Positions 18,884-29,546 of a stretch of 64,000 bases of DNA are shown here, in pieces (position 1 is the first letter of the stretch; each line of letters starts with the position of its first letter). The DNA is from an uncultured Planctomycetaceae bacterium (GTDB taxonomy: Bacteria; Planctomycetota; Planctomycetia; Isosphaerales; Isosphaeraceae). The translations under genes and the position numbers were made by a program. The notes under the pieces were generated by a model. That model did no database searches, had not been told where the DNA came from, and saw only the letters and a program-made list of their open reading frames with translations. Location: contig CAWIAD010000001.1 in the NCBI GenBank assembly GCA_963833985.1, positions 896,001 through 960,000 of the forward strand, read 5' to 3'.

Positions 18884-20368
18884 CTACGCCACGATTTCGT
18901 GGACCACCTTGCCATGCACGTCGGTCAGGCGGTAATCGCGGCCGGCGTAGCGGAAGGTGAACTGCTCGTGGTTGAAGCCCAGGAGGTGAAGGATCGTGGC
19001 GTGCAGGTCGTGGACGTGGACCGGCTTCTCGACGGCCTTGAATCCCAGCTCGTCGGTGGCGCCGTGGATGTGACCGCCCTTGACGCCACCGCCGGCCATC
19101 CACATGGTGAAGCCGTAATGGTTGTGGTCCCGGCCATTCATCTTGCCCTGGTTCGAGCCGGGCGTGGGCAGCTCGACGGTCGGCGTGCGGCCGAACTCGC
19201 CGCCCCAGACCACCAGCGTGTCCTCGAGCATTCCGCGCTGTTTCAGGTCCTTCAGAAACGCTCCGATGGCCTGGTCGCACTCGCGACCGAGCTTGCGATG
19301 GCCGGCCTCCAGGTCGTCGTGATGGTCCCAGGGCTGGCCCTCGCCGTGCCAGAGCTGGACGAAACGGACCCCGCGTTCGAGCAGCCGGCGCGTGGCCAGA
19401 AGCTGGCGGGCGTGGACGCCGGGGCCGTACATCGCCCGGATGCTCTCCGGCTCCTGGCTGACGTCAAACGCTTCGGCGGCGTCGGATTGCATGCGGTAGG
19501 CCAGCTCGAACGACTGGATGCGCGCCTCCAGCTCGGACTCGTGACCGTGCTGGTCCAGGTGCCGGCGGTTCAGCTCGGCCAGCAGGTCGAGCTGTGCGCG
19601 CTGGGTTCTGGGACTTACTCCGCGGTTGCGGATGTGCGCGATCAGTTTTTCGATGTCCGTGTACTTGCTGTCGAGGTACGTCCCCTGGTAGATACCCGGC
19701 AGGAAACCGGACTGCCAGTTCTGCGACTCGGCAATGGGATAGCCGTTGGGGCACATGACCAGGAACCCTGGCAGGTTCTGGTTCTCGGTTCCCAGGCCGT
19801 AGAGCACCCACGAGCCCAGGCTGGGCCGGGCCTGGCGGGCCTCGCCGCAGTTCATGAGCATGAGCGAGGGTTCGTGGTTGGGCACATCGGCGTGCATCGA
19901 GCGCACGACGCAGATCTCGTCAATCATCTCGGCCGTGCGGGCGAAGATCTCGGAGACCTCGATGCCGCTCTGCCCGTACCTGCGGAAGCGGTAGGGGGAG
20001 CGGAACGCGGCGCCCGTCTTGCGCTCGGTGGGCAAGTGAGTGCCGACCGCCTTGCCGTGATACTTCTCGAGCATGGGCTTGCGGTCGAACGTATCGACGT
20101 GCGACGGCCCGCCATTCATGAACAGGTGGACGACGCGCCGGGCACGGGCTTGCAGGGGCGGGCTCTTGGGCGACAGCGGGTTCACCGGTCCGGCAGCCGA
20201 GGGAACCACCGCGGCGGTCTGCCGATCGGCCGCGGCCGCCCTGACAGGCTTGCCCGACTCGGCCAGCAGGCTGCCCAGGGCCATGGCGCCGAAGCCGGTT
20301 CCCGAGCGGCAAAGCAACTCGCGGCGGGTGCACACCGCGTCTTGCAGCGAAAAGTCCGGGTGCGACAT
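18884..20368 (-). CDS. DUF1501 domain protein (planctomycete, Tat-exported)
   Basis: TRRELL leader; VVHLFMNGGPSHVDTFD, RPSLGSWVLYGLG, RRLLERGVRFVQ, WDHH, GGEFGRTP, GRDHN, HVHDLHATILHLLG. Confidence 0.92.
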   Translation of the reverse strand: MSHPDFSLQDAVCTRRELLCRSGTGFGAMALGSLLAESGKPVRAAAADRQTAAVVPSAAGPVNPLSPKSPPLQARARRVVHLFMNGGPSHVDTFDRKPMLEKYHGKAVGTHLPTERKTGAAFRSPYRFRRYGQSGIEVSEIFARTAEMIDEICVVRSMHADVPNHEPSLMLMNCGEARQARPSLGSWVLYGLGTENQNLPGFLVMCPNGYPIAESQNWQSGFLPGIYQGTYLDSKYTDIEKLIAHIRNRGVSPRTQRAQLDLLAELNRRHLDQHGHESELEARIQSFELAYRMQSDAAEAFDVSQEPESIRAMYGPGVHARQLLATRRLLERGVRFVQLWHGEGQPWDHHDDLEAGHRKLGRECDQAIGAFLKDLKQRGMLEDTLVVWGGEFGRTPTVELPTPGSNQGKMNGRDHNHYGFTMWMAGGGVKGGHIHGATDELGFKAVEKPVHVHDLHATILHLLGFNHEQFTFRYAGRDYRLTDVHGKVVHEIVA

Positions 20369-20393
20369 GGCGCGGGCCTCCCTTATTCTTGCA

Positions 20394-23275
20394 TCAATCG
20401 ACGAACAGGAACTCGTTGGTGAGCATGAGCACCTGCGCGAGCTGGGCCACGGGCGAGAGGGAACCGGCCGGAGCGTCCGCATGCTCCAGAAACGCAGTCC
20501 CGAGCTCCAGCTCGGAGGGTTGAGGCGAACGCCCCAGGACGCGCCGATAGAGCAGAGCCACGCGGCCGGCGGCCGGATTGACGCCTGAGCTTATGTTTGC
20601 GCTGGCGCCGGCGTTCGCCTCGTGCTCGACGTCCGCGGCCAGCGTGCCGGCCTGTTGCTGGATGAATGGGCTGTTCATCAGGAAGAGCGCCTGCTGGGGC
20701 ACGGTGGTGATGAACCGCCTGGAGCTGGTGGCGTCGGGCACGGCGAAATCAAAGGTGCGGTAGACGCCGTCCAGGTTCTGGCGGTCGATGAAGCCGTAAA
20801 TCGTGCGCCGCGGGGGGAAGGGCGGCTCCATGAGCACGACCGGCGGCCCGCCCATGGCCGTATCGAGGCGCCGGCGACGGCCAGCACAGAGTCACGCAGC
20901 GTCTCGAGGTCGAGCCGCTGGCGGTTGTAGCGCCAGACCCAGCGGTTCTGAGGGTCGCGGGCAAGGCACTCGGGCCGGGGGTCGCTGGCCTGCTGGTAGG
21001 TGCTCGAGAGCATGATCCGCCGGTGCAGTGCCTTGATCGACCAGCCCTCGTCGATGAACAGGCGCGCCAGGTGGTCGAGCAACTCGGGATGTGACGGCGG
21101 GTCGCTGCGCAGGCCGAAGTCGCTGGGCGTGGTCACGAGTCCCTGGCCGAAATGCCAGTGCCAGACGCGGTTGACCAGCACCCTTGCGGTGAGCGGGTTG
21201 GCCGGATCGGCGACGGCCTGCGCCAGCTCCATCCGCCCGCTCCCCTTGCGGAACGGCTGGCGGTTCGGGCCCGCGAGCAACCGGAGGAACTGGCGAGGGA
21301 CGGCCTTGCCGGGACGGCCCGGATTGCCGCGCACGAAGACTTGCGGCTCCGTGGGCTGGGGCGCGTCGACCAGGACCATCGCGCGTCCGGCCTTGCCCGC
21401 GGATTTCGCTTCGATCTGCTTGACCGTGTTCTCCAGTTTGGTGTACTGCTTCCGCTGAACCGCGGACAGCACCAGCCGTGGGTTCTCGGCCGCGGTGGCG
21501 AGCACGCCACCCGGAGCGAAGAGGGCCTGGCGGAGCGACTCCCCTGCGGACGCCAGGGGGGACGGCTCCTTGCCCGCACGCTTCTCCTGGTTGCTCAGCA
21601 CTCCGACGTAGCGATCCACGAGTTCATCCAGGCTCTTCGGCAGCGGCTCGCGCAGGGCCCGAGCGAGAAGCGGATGAAGCGGGGACGGTTGCCGCGTGAG
21701 CAGGTCGGCAGCCCTGGACGCAAACTGGCCGGACGGCACGTCGCCCAGTGCCTTGAGCGGTCCAACGAAGGGATGGTCCGGCTGAATCATGCCAAGCCCG
21801 CGCTTCCAGAGCAGGATGGCGGCACGAAGCCGCTGGGGATCGATCTGCTCGGCCCGGGCGCGCTCGTCCAGTCGGGAACTGCGGGGGTCAAGCTGGAGGT
21901 CGTACGCGGCTTTGAGGTAAGTCGAGTAGCGAGCCTGGAGGAACTTGAATAACTGAGCGCGACGGTCGCTCAGGTACTGGTCTCGCTCCTTTCGTGCCTT
22001 GTCCAGCTCGCCCTTGTGGGCCTCGGCTTGAGGATCTGGCGTTTCGCCGGGACGATCCAGCCGGGGCAGGTCGTCAGGTTCCAGGCAACTGGCAAAGACG
22101 CCGTACAGAGCGTAGTAGTCCTCGGCGGGGATCGGGTCGTACTTGTGGTCGTGGCAGCGGGCGCAGCCGATCGTCAGGCCCATCAGTCCGCGGCCAACGA
22201 CGTCGATGCGGTCGTCGATGATCTCGTTCCGATCGTTCAGGAAGCGCCGGCCGACCGTGAGAAACCCCATGGCCGCCAGCGGTCTCGGGTCGCCATGCAG
22301 GTCGAGCTGATCGGCGGCAAGCTGCTGGATCAGGAAGCGGTCGTACGGCAGGTCGGCGTTGAAGGACCGGATCACGTAGTCGCGATAGGTGTAGCTGAAG
22401 GGATACTTGCGCTCTTCCTGGAAGACGTAGCCCTTGGTGTCGGCGTAGCGTGCCACGTCCAGCCAGTGCCGTCCCCAGCGTTCGCCATAGAGCGGCGAGG
22501 CCAGCAGCCGGTCGACCACCCGTGCGAAGGCATCGGGGTGGGGATCGTTCACGAACGTGTCGATCTCGGCCGCGGTTGGCGGGATGCCCAGGAGATCGAG
22601 CGTGGCCCGGCGCAGCAGCGTGCGGCGGTCCGACGGCGGCGAGGGCTCGAGCCCCTCCCGTTCCAGCCGTGCCAGGACGAAGGCATCCACCGGTGTACGG
22701 ACCCAGGCAGAGTTCTTGACCTCCGGCGGGCTCAAGGGCCGGACCGGCGTGAAGGCCCAGTGCCGGGTTGCCGGATCAGGCGTGCCCGCGGTTGCAACGG
22801 CATGCGCGCCAGCCGGGCGCGCGGCCCACGGAGCACCCAGCTCGACCCAGCGCCGCAGTGCGGCCACCTGAGCGTCGGGCAGCTTGCCACGCGGGGGCAT
22901 CTTCAGCTCCTCGTGGCTGTGAGCAACGGCCTGGACGAGCAGGCTGGCGCCAGGTTGCCCCGGAACGATGGCCGGCCCGGATGCCCCTCCCTTCAGGATG
23001 GCTTCTCGGCTGTCCAGCCGCAGCCCCGATGAGCTCTTGTCCGGGCCGTGGCATTTCTGGCACGACTGGACGAGCACGGGCCGCACCGCGGTCTCGAAGA
23101 AATCCATGGCGGCGCGGTCGGCAGCCGCGGAGTCGCCGGCTCGAGCAGAGCCGGTCAAAACCAGACTCAGCACCAGGGCCAGGGTTCCTGGAACCGTGAA
23201 CAGTCTCGCTGGCGCGGACCTGCCATCTTCCGGGACGTTCACATCAGCGATCCGAACTTCCGGCTGGCTGTTCAT
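20394..23275 (-). CDS. Planctomycete cytochrome c protein (PSCyt1 + DUF1549 + DUF1553), frameshift near 20870
   Basis: CQKCH; HWAF; YGERWGRHWLDVARYADT; CARCHDHKYDPI; NPLTARVLVNRVW; PSHPELLDHLA; C-terminus (PQQALFLMNS...NEFLFVD) in ORF 20394..20855. Confidence 0.92.
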
Positions 23276-23418
23276 GTGGCAGGCGCCGCGGTGTGTCTTG
23301 AAGGCAGGGCAGGGTCTGACGCTCGTTCGCTACGGGCGGGGCAAGGGCAAGCCCGGCAACCTGCCCGATCGTCCATGATGGCAGATCCCGATGTTCTTCA
23401 GCAATCCGGATTTCCTCG

Positions 23419-23446
23419 TTGACACCCCGAAGTGCCCGTTTACAAT
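23419..23446 (+). promoter_or_regulatory. Sigma70-type promoter of the tetR-RND operon
   Basis: TTGACA (23419-23424), 16-bp spacer, TACAAT (23441-23446). Confidence 0.75.
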
Positions 23447-23449
23447 GTG

Positions 23450-23465
23450 GACTGACCGGTCAGTC
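23450..23465. promoter_or_regulatory. Perfect 16-bp palindrome, probable TetR operator
   Basis: GACTGACCGGTCAGTC over the predicted transcription start, just upstream of tetR. Confidence 0.8.
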
Positions 23466-23486
23466 AGGAGGCGGAGACGTCCACGC

Positions 23487-24212
23487 ATGCAAGATATCGG
23501 TGAGAAGAAGACGAAGCGCTGCTGTTCGGACGAGGAGATGTCCGCGCGGTGCGAGGAGATCCTGGCCACGGCGACGGCACTGTTCGCCGAGCACGGTTTC
23601 TCGGACGCGATGACCCAGGCCCTGGCCGACCGTCTCAAGGTTGGCAAGGGGACGATCTACCGCCATTTCAAAAGCAAACGCGAACTTTTCCTGGCCGCGG
23701 CGGATCGGGTGATGCGGAAGATGCAGGAGTCGATCCTGGACAACATCGCCGGGGTCGATGATGGGCTCGAGCAGGTCGCGCGTGCCATCCAGGCGTTCCT
23801 CAGGTTCTTCGCGGAGCATCCCGAGTATGTGGAGCTGCTCATCCAGGAGCGGGCGCAGTTCAAGGACCGCAAGCGGCCGACTTACTTCGAGCATCGGGAA
23901 GTGAACGTGGTGCGCTGGCGTGTGCTTTACACGCAGTTGATCGCCGAGGGCCGGGTGCGCGAAATGCCGGCCGAGCAGATCACCAACGTGGTCGGCAACT
24001 TGATCTACGGCACCATGTTCACGAATTACTTCATCGGCCAGGCGAAGCCCGTGGACGAGCAGGCCGAGGAGATCCTCGACATCGTCTTCCGCGGCATCCT
24101 CACCCCCCAGGAGCAGGCCCGCAGAAGCGTGGCGCGCCGGGATCCTGCCCACGAGAGCAACGGCATCCACGCCGTAACATCGCCGCAATCCACCCAGATT
24201 GTGAACCTCTGA
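23487..24212 (+). CDS. TetR/AcrR family transcriptional regulator
   Basis: EEILATATALFAEHGF...LADRLKVGKGTIYRHFKSKRELF HTH. Confidence 0.93.
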   Translation: MQDIGEKKTKRCCSDEEMSARCEEILATATALFAEHGFSDAMTQALADRLKVGKGTIYRHFKSKRELFLAAADRVMRKMQESILDNIAGVDDGLEQVARAIQAFLRFFAEHPEYVELLIQERAQFKDRKRPTYFEHREVNVVRWRVLYTQLIAEGRVREMPAEQITNVVGNLIYGTMFTNYFIGQAKPVDEQAEEILDIVFRGILTPQEQARRSVARRDPAHESNGIHAVTSPQSTQIVNL

Positions 24213-24256
24213 TCAAACGCGGTACTCATTCTTCGATCGATGGAGGCTGGATTTTC

Positions 24257-25774
24257 ATGATTCGCCGCCTTTGTGCAGGGCTGATCCTGGCCGCTGGCGC
24301 GGCTGTGGCCGCCGGTTGCGGGCAGGCCAACTCCCAGACCGCCCGGCCGCCGACGCCGGTTACCGAGGTCGTCTATGACTTGCCGATCACCCGGGTCGTG
24401 ACCGACTACGAGGACTTTCCCGGCCGGACCGATGCCATCTATACGGTGAGTGTGCGGGCGCGGGTGTCGGGATACCTCAAGCGCGTTTACTTCTTGGATG
24501 GCCAGGAGGTCCATAAAGGCGACCTGCTGTTCAAGATCGATCCCCGCCCCTTCCAGGCCACGCTCGACCGGGCCAAGGCCATGCTCGAACAGGCCGAGGC
24601 GCACTCCCAGCGCCTGAACAACGAGTACCGCCGCGCCAAGGTGCTCTTCGAACAGGGCCGCTCGATCAGCCGCGAGGAATACGACCGCTATGCCTTCGAC
24701 CACGCGGAAGCGCAGGCGGCTCTGAGCACGGCCAAGGCCAATGTGGACCTCGCCCAGCTTGATCTGGACTGGACCGACGTCACGGTGGACCTGCCCGAAG
24801 GCGTGACCGGCCGGCTCAGCCGCCGTATGGTCGACCCGGGCAACCTGGTCAAGGCTGACGACACCATGCTCACCACGATCGTCAGCCAGGACCCGCTCTA
24901 CGTCTACTTCGACGTTCACGAGCAGGCCATGCTGCGCATCCGCCGGCTCATCCAGGATGGGAAGGTGAAGGCGAGGTCGGAAAAGGAAGTCCCCCTGCTC
25001 ATCGGCCTTTCGGACGAGAAGGACGTCGACGGGAACAATGTCTTCCCGCACCAGGGGATGGTCGACTTCACCGACAACCGCGTGGACGTGGACACCGGCA
25101 CATTGCGGTTCCGGGCCAAGCTGGCCAATTCGAGCGGACTGATCTCCCCCGGACTGTTCGTCAAGGCGCGGCTGCCGATCGGTGAGGCGCACCCCGCGCT
25201 CATGGTCCGTGAGCAGGCCTTGCAGTCCGACCAGGGTCTCAAGAAAGTCATCGTGCTGCGGGCCAAGGACGATCAGGGTGAGCCCTACTATCTGGAAGAG
25301 AGCCCGGGCAAGAGGCTGCTCAATCCCAAGGGCGAGCCGATCCCGGGGTACCGGCCGGAGGCTGTTGATGTGGGCGTGCCGGGCGTGCTCCGCGACGGCT
25401 TCCGTGAGATCCACAAGGGCGTCAAGGAAGGAGACCTGGTCGTCGTCCTGGGCATGCAGAAGATCCGTCTTGGCGAGGACCCGATCACCAAGAAGCCGTT
25501 CCTGGTCGCCGCCCGAGCGTTCAATGCGGATCGCGACGCGGCGGACCCGACCAGGCCGCGCACCAGCCCCGCCCCCGCCCCCGGCTCGGTCGTGGAGAAA
25601 CCGGCGGGCAACGGCGAGAAATCTCTGGCCGGCGACAAGCCGGCCGCCCCTCCGGCCAGGGCCGGTCAGGGCGCCGGGCCGGCTGCCGAGTCGAAGGGCC
25701 ACTCGCCGGCCTCTGGACGTGTCACCCCGGCGCTGAACAGTGGCTCCGGATCTGGTACCCACCGCGGCAGATGA
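24257..25774 (+). CDS. RND efflux periplasmic adaptor (MFP) lipoprotein
   Basis: Lipobox VAAGC; VRARVSGYL, GDLLFKIDPRPFQA, DNRVDVDTGTLRFRA, PGLFVKARL; Pro/Ala-rich tail. Confidence 0.92.
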   Translation: MIRRLCAGLILAAGAAVAAGCGQANSQTARPPTPVTEVVYDLPITRVVTDYEDFPGRTDAIYTVSVRARVSGYLKRVYFLDGQEVHKGDLLFKIDPRPFQATLDRAKAMLEQAEAHSQRLNNEYRRAKVLFEQGRSISREEYDRYAFDHAEAQAALSTAKANVDLAQLDLDWTDVTVDLPEGVTGRLSRRMVDPGNLVKADDTMLTTIVSQDPLYVYFDVHEQAMLRIRRLIQDGKVKARSEKEVPLLIGLSDEKDVDGNNVFPHQGMVDFTDNRVDVDTGTLRFRAKLANSSGLISPGLFVKARLPIGEAHPALMVREQALQSDQGLKKVIVLRAKDDQGEPYYLEESPGKRLLNPKGEPIPGYRPEAVDVGVPGVLRDGFREIHKGVKEGDLVVVLGMQKIRLGEDPITKKPFLVAARAFNADRDAADPTRPRTSPAPAPGSVVEKPAGNGEKSLAGDKPAAPPARAGQGAGPAAESKGHSPASGRVTPALNSGSGSGTHRGR

Positions 25775-25813
25775 TGAGAAGGCTTCCCGGGATCTGATCA
25801 AGAGCACTCACCT

Positions 25814-28800
25814 GTGTTCACGCGCTTCTTCATTGAACGGCCGATCTTCGCCTCGGTCCTGTCCATCGCGATCACCCTGGCGGGGGGGCTGGCGCTCATG
25901 GCCTTGCCGATCGCCATGTTCCCCCTGATCGCGCCGCCCACGGTCTCGGTCACTTGCCAGTATCCCGGTGCCAGCGCGCAGGTCGTTGCCGAGACGGTGG
26001 CTGCACCCATCGAACAGCAGGTCAACGGCGTCGAGAACATGATGTACATGTCGTCGGCCTGCACCAACGACGGCAACTACACGCTGACAGTCACGTTCAA
26101 GCAGGGCATCGACATGAACCTGGCCCAGGTTCTGGTCCAGAACCGGGTCTCGCTCGCCGTGCCCCTCTTGCCGGACGTGATCAAGGCCACCGGCGTGACC
26201 ACCAAGAAACGCTCGCCCGACATCCTGCTTGCCATTGGTCTCTACTCGCCGCAAACCCCGGATTATCCCAACGGCCGCTACGACCAGCTTTATTTGAGCA
26301 ACTACGCCTACATGCGGGTGCGCGACGAGATGGCCCGGCTGCCGGGCGTCAGCGACGTCACCATGTTCGGCCAGCGCGACTACAGCATGCGCATCTGGCT
26401 GGACCCGGACAAGCTTGCCCAGCGGTACATGACCGCAGGCGATGTGGTGCGGGCCCTCCGCGAGCAAAACCTTCAGGTTGCCGCCGGCTCGGTGGGCCAG
26501 TCCCCGATCGTCCGCGGCCAGCTCACGCAGGTGACCATCAGCACGCTCGGCCGCCTGGTCGATGCCGACCAGTTTGACAAGATCGTCATCAAGACCACCC
26601 GCGACGGCCGAATGGTCCGCATTCGCGACGTCGGCACCGTGGAGCTGGGTGCCAAGAACCAGGACATGAGCAGCGCCGTCGGCGTCCTGGACGAGCAGGG
26701 CGAGCTGCATGTCTACCCGGTGGCCAACCTGGCCATCTTCCAGCTTCCTGACGCCAACGCCCTGGAGACGGCGGACCTGGTGAAGGCCAAGATCGAGGAG
26801 CTCAAGAAAGAGTTCCCCGAGGGCGTCGACTACATGATCCGCTACGACACCACTCCGTTCATCCGCGAATCGATCCAGGAAGTGTTCAAGACGCTGCTCG
26901 ATTCGGTGATGCTCGTGGCGCTCGTGGTGCTGCTCTTCCTCCAGAACTGGCGCTCGGCGCTGATTCCGCTCATCGCCGTGCCGGTGGCCATTATCGGCAC
27001 CTTCGCCGTCATGGCGGCGTTCGGCTTCTCCCTCAACAACCTCACGCTATTCGGCCTGGTGCTGGCCATCGGCATCGTGGTGGACGACGCCATCGTGGTG
27101 GTGGAGGCCGTCGAGCATCACATCGAGCGCGGTATGGCGCCCAAGGAAGCGACGCTCCAGGCCATGAGCGAGGTCTCCGCGCCGGTGATCGCGGTGGGGC
27201 TGGTGCTCACGGCCGTGTTCGTGCCATGCGCGTTCATCTCGGGAATCACTGGCCAGTTCTTCCGCCAGTTCGCGCTCACGATCGCCTCCTCGACGGTCCT
27301 CTCCACCATCAACTCGCTCACCCTCAGCCCGGCGCTGGCGGCCCTGCTATTGCGCCGCGCCAGCCGGGCGAGCACCATGCCCTGCCGCGGCTGGCATTTG
27401 CGGCGCTGGGGGCATGGCTGGGGTATGTCTGGATCGGTCCATATGTCCTGCCCTACATGCAACATTCCGGGCTCATGAGCCGCACTGTCACGGCCAGCAT
27501 TCTGCCGGAGGTGAACGGCGAGTCCGCACTCACGCCCGCGGTCGCCGCCGGGATTGTGGGGGGCCTGATCGGCGGCCTTGTCGGCTGGCTGCTGAGCAAG
27601 ACCTGCAACTGGCTGCTCGGCAAGTTGTTTGACCTCTTCAACCTCGGGTTCGCGGCCACGGCCGGGCTCTACACCCGCGTGATCAGCGGCATGCTTCGCG
27701 TGTTCGTGCTGGTGTTCCTGGTTTACGTGGGCCTGCTGTTCCTCACCGGGCAGAAGTTCAGCAGCACCCCGCGCGGGTTCATCCCCTCGCAGGACATGGG
27801 CTACATCCTGGTCAATATCCAGCTCCCAGACTCGGCCTCGCTGGAGCGCACCCAGCGGGTCATCCGGCAGATCAACGAAATCGCGGTGCGGACCGATGGC
27901 GTTTCGGCCACTGTGGGCATTGCCGGACAGTCGCTCTTGCTGAACGCCTTCGGGTCGAACTTCGGCACCATGTTCGTGACTCTCAAGGAGTTCAAGGAGC
28001 GGCCCGCGCCCGGCGGAGCGTTCTTCAAAGCCGAGAACTGGCTGCGGAAGCAGCTGGGCTTGAAAGAGAAGAAGGACGTGCCCGACGTCTACTACGAGGT
28101 CATCCTGAACAAGCTCCGCGGGCAACTCGGCAAGCTCATTCCCGAGGCCAACATCGCGCTCTTCGGCCCTCCCCCGTTGCGCGGGGTCGGGCGGGCCGGC
28201 GGCTGGATGGTCATGATGGAGGACCGCGGCGACCTCGGTGCCCCGGTGCTCCAGAAAGAGGTGGAGAACCTCGTCCGCAAGGCGAACGAGGGCATCGACG
28301 TGAATGGTGCCCGGATCGTGCGCACGCCACCCCAGCCGGGAAAGCCGCCGGCACCCGGCCCGCAATCGGCCGTCATGGGGCTGGCGTCCGTCTTCCGGGC
28401 CAACATTCCCCAGGTCTACCTTGACGTCGACCGCACGGCCTGCATGCTCAAGGGGGTGCAGCTTCAGGATGTGTTCATGACACTGCAAGCCTATCTCGGC
28501 TCGCTCTACGTGAACGACTTCAATCGCTTCGGCCGCACCTGGCAGGTAATCGTCCAGGCCATGCCCAAGTACCGCGACCAGAAGGACGACATCAGCCGTT
28601 TGCAGGTGCGCAACAACCGCGGCACGATGGTGCCCCTTGGCGCAGTGGCCTCGGTGCGGGAGATCAACGGGCCGCTCGTACTCACCCGCTACAACATGTA
28701 TCCGGCGGCGTCCATCAACGGCATGGCGGCGCCGGGTGTCAGCTCCGGCAGCGCGATCCACGCCATGGAACAGCTCTCCAACACCGAGCTTCCCCAGTCC

Positions 28801-29514
28801 ATGAGCTACGAGTGGACCGAGATGGCTTACCTCGAGCTGCTGGCCGGCAACACGGCGATCATCGTCTTCGGCTTCTCGATCGTGATGGTCTTCCTGGTGC
28901 TGGCCGCCCAGTTCGAGAGCTGGGCCATGCCGCTGGCGGTGATTCTGTCAGTGCCCCTGTGTATGCTCAGCGCCCTGTTCGGCGTGACCAACGCCAAATG
29001 GCTCGGCGCCAACAACACCAGCCTCGATATCAATATCTTCACCCAGATCGGCCTGGTGGTGCTGGTGGGACTGGCCAGCAAGAATTCGATCCTCATTGTC
29101 CAGTTCGCCAAGCTCATCCGCCACCGCGGTTACCCGATCCGCGAGGCCACTCTGGAGGCCTGCCGGCTGCGGCTGCGGCCGATCATCATGACCTCGATGG
29201 CCTTCGTCCTGGGTGTCATGCCCCTGCTGTACGCCCACGGAGCAGGGGCCGAGATGCGGCAGTCGCTGGGAGTGGCCGTCTTCAGCGGCATGATCGGCGT
29301 GACCTTCTTCGGAGTCATGCTCACCCCGGTCTTTTTTTACGTCATCGATTCGGTTGCCGAATCCCATATCTTCAGCAACCCCAGGGTGCGGCGGGTCGGG
29401 AAGATCCTGCTGGCGATCCTGCTGCCCGTGGTTCTCCTGCGTGAGCTCTTCCGCTTCAGCACCCGCCGGGCGTCGACAAGACTCGCCAAACCCAACAAGA
29501 ACGAAGAGCTGTAA
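25814..29514 (+). CDS. HAE1-type RND efflux permease, paralog 1 (frameshift near 27355)
   Basis: FFIERPIFA, PIEQQVNGVENM, GIVVDDAIVVVE, FFRQFALT; second ORF has FIPSQDMG, YVNDFNRFGR, GLASKNSILIV, RLRPIIMTS; one C missing in ttgcgccgcg. Confidence 0.92.
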
Positions 29515-29546
29515 CTCTTCGATCACTCACTCTGTGAGGACTCGCC

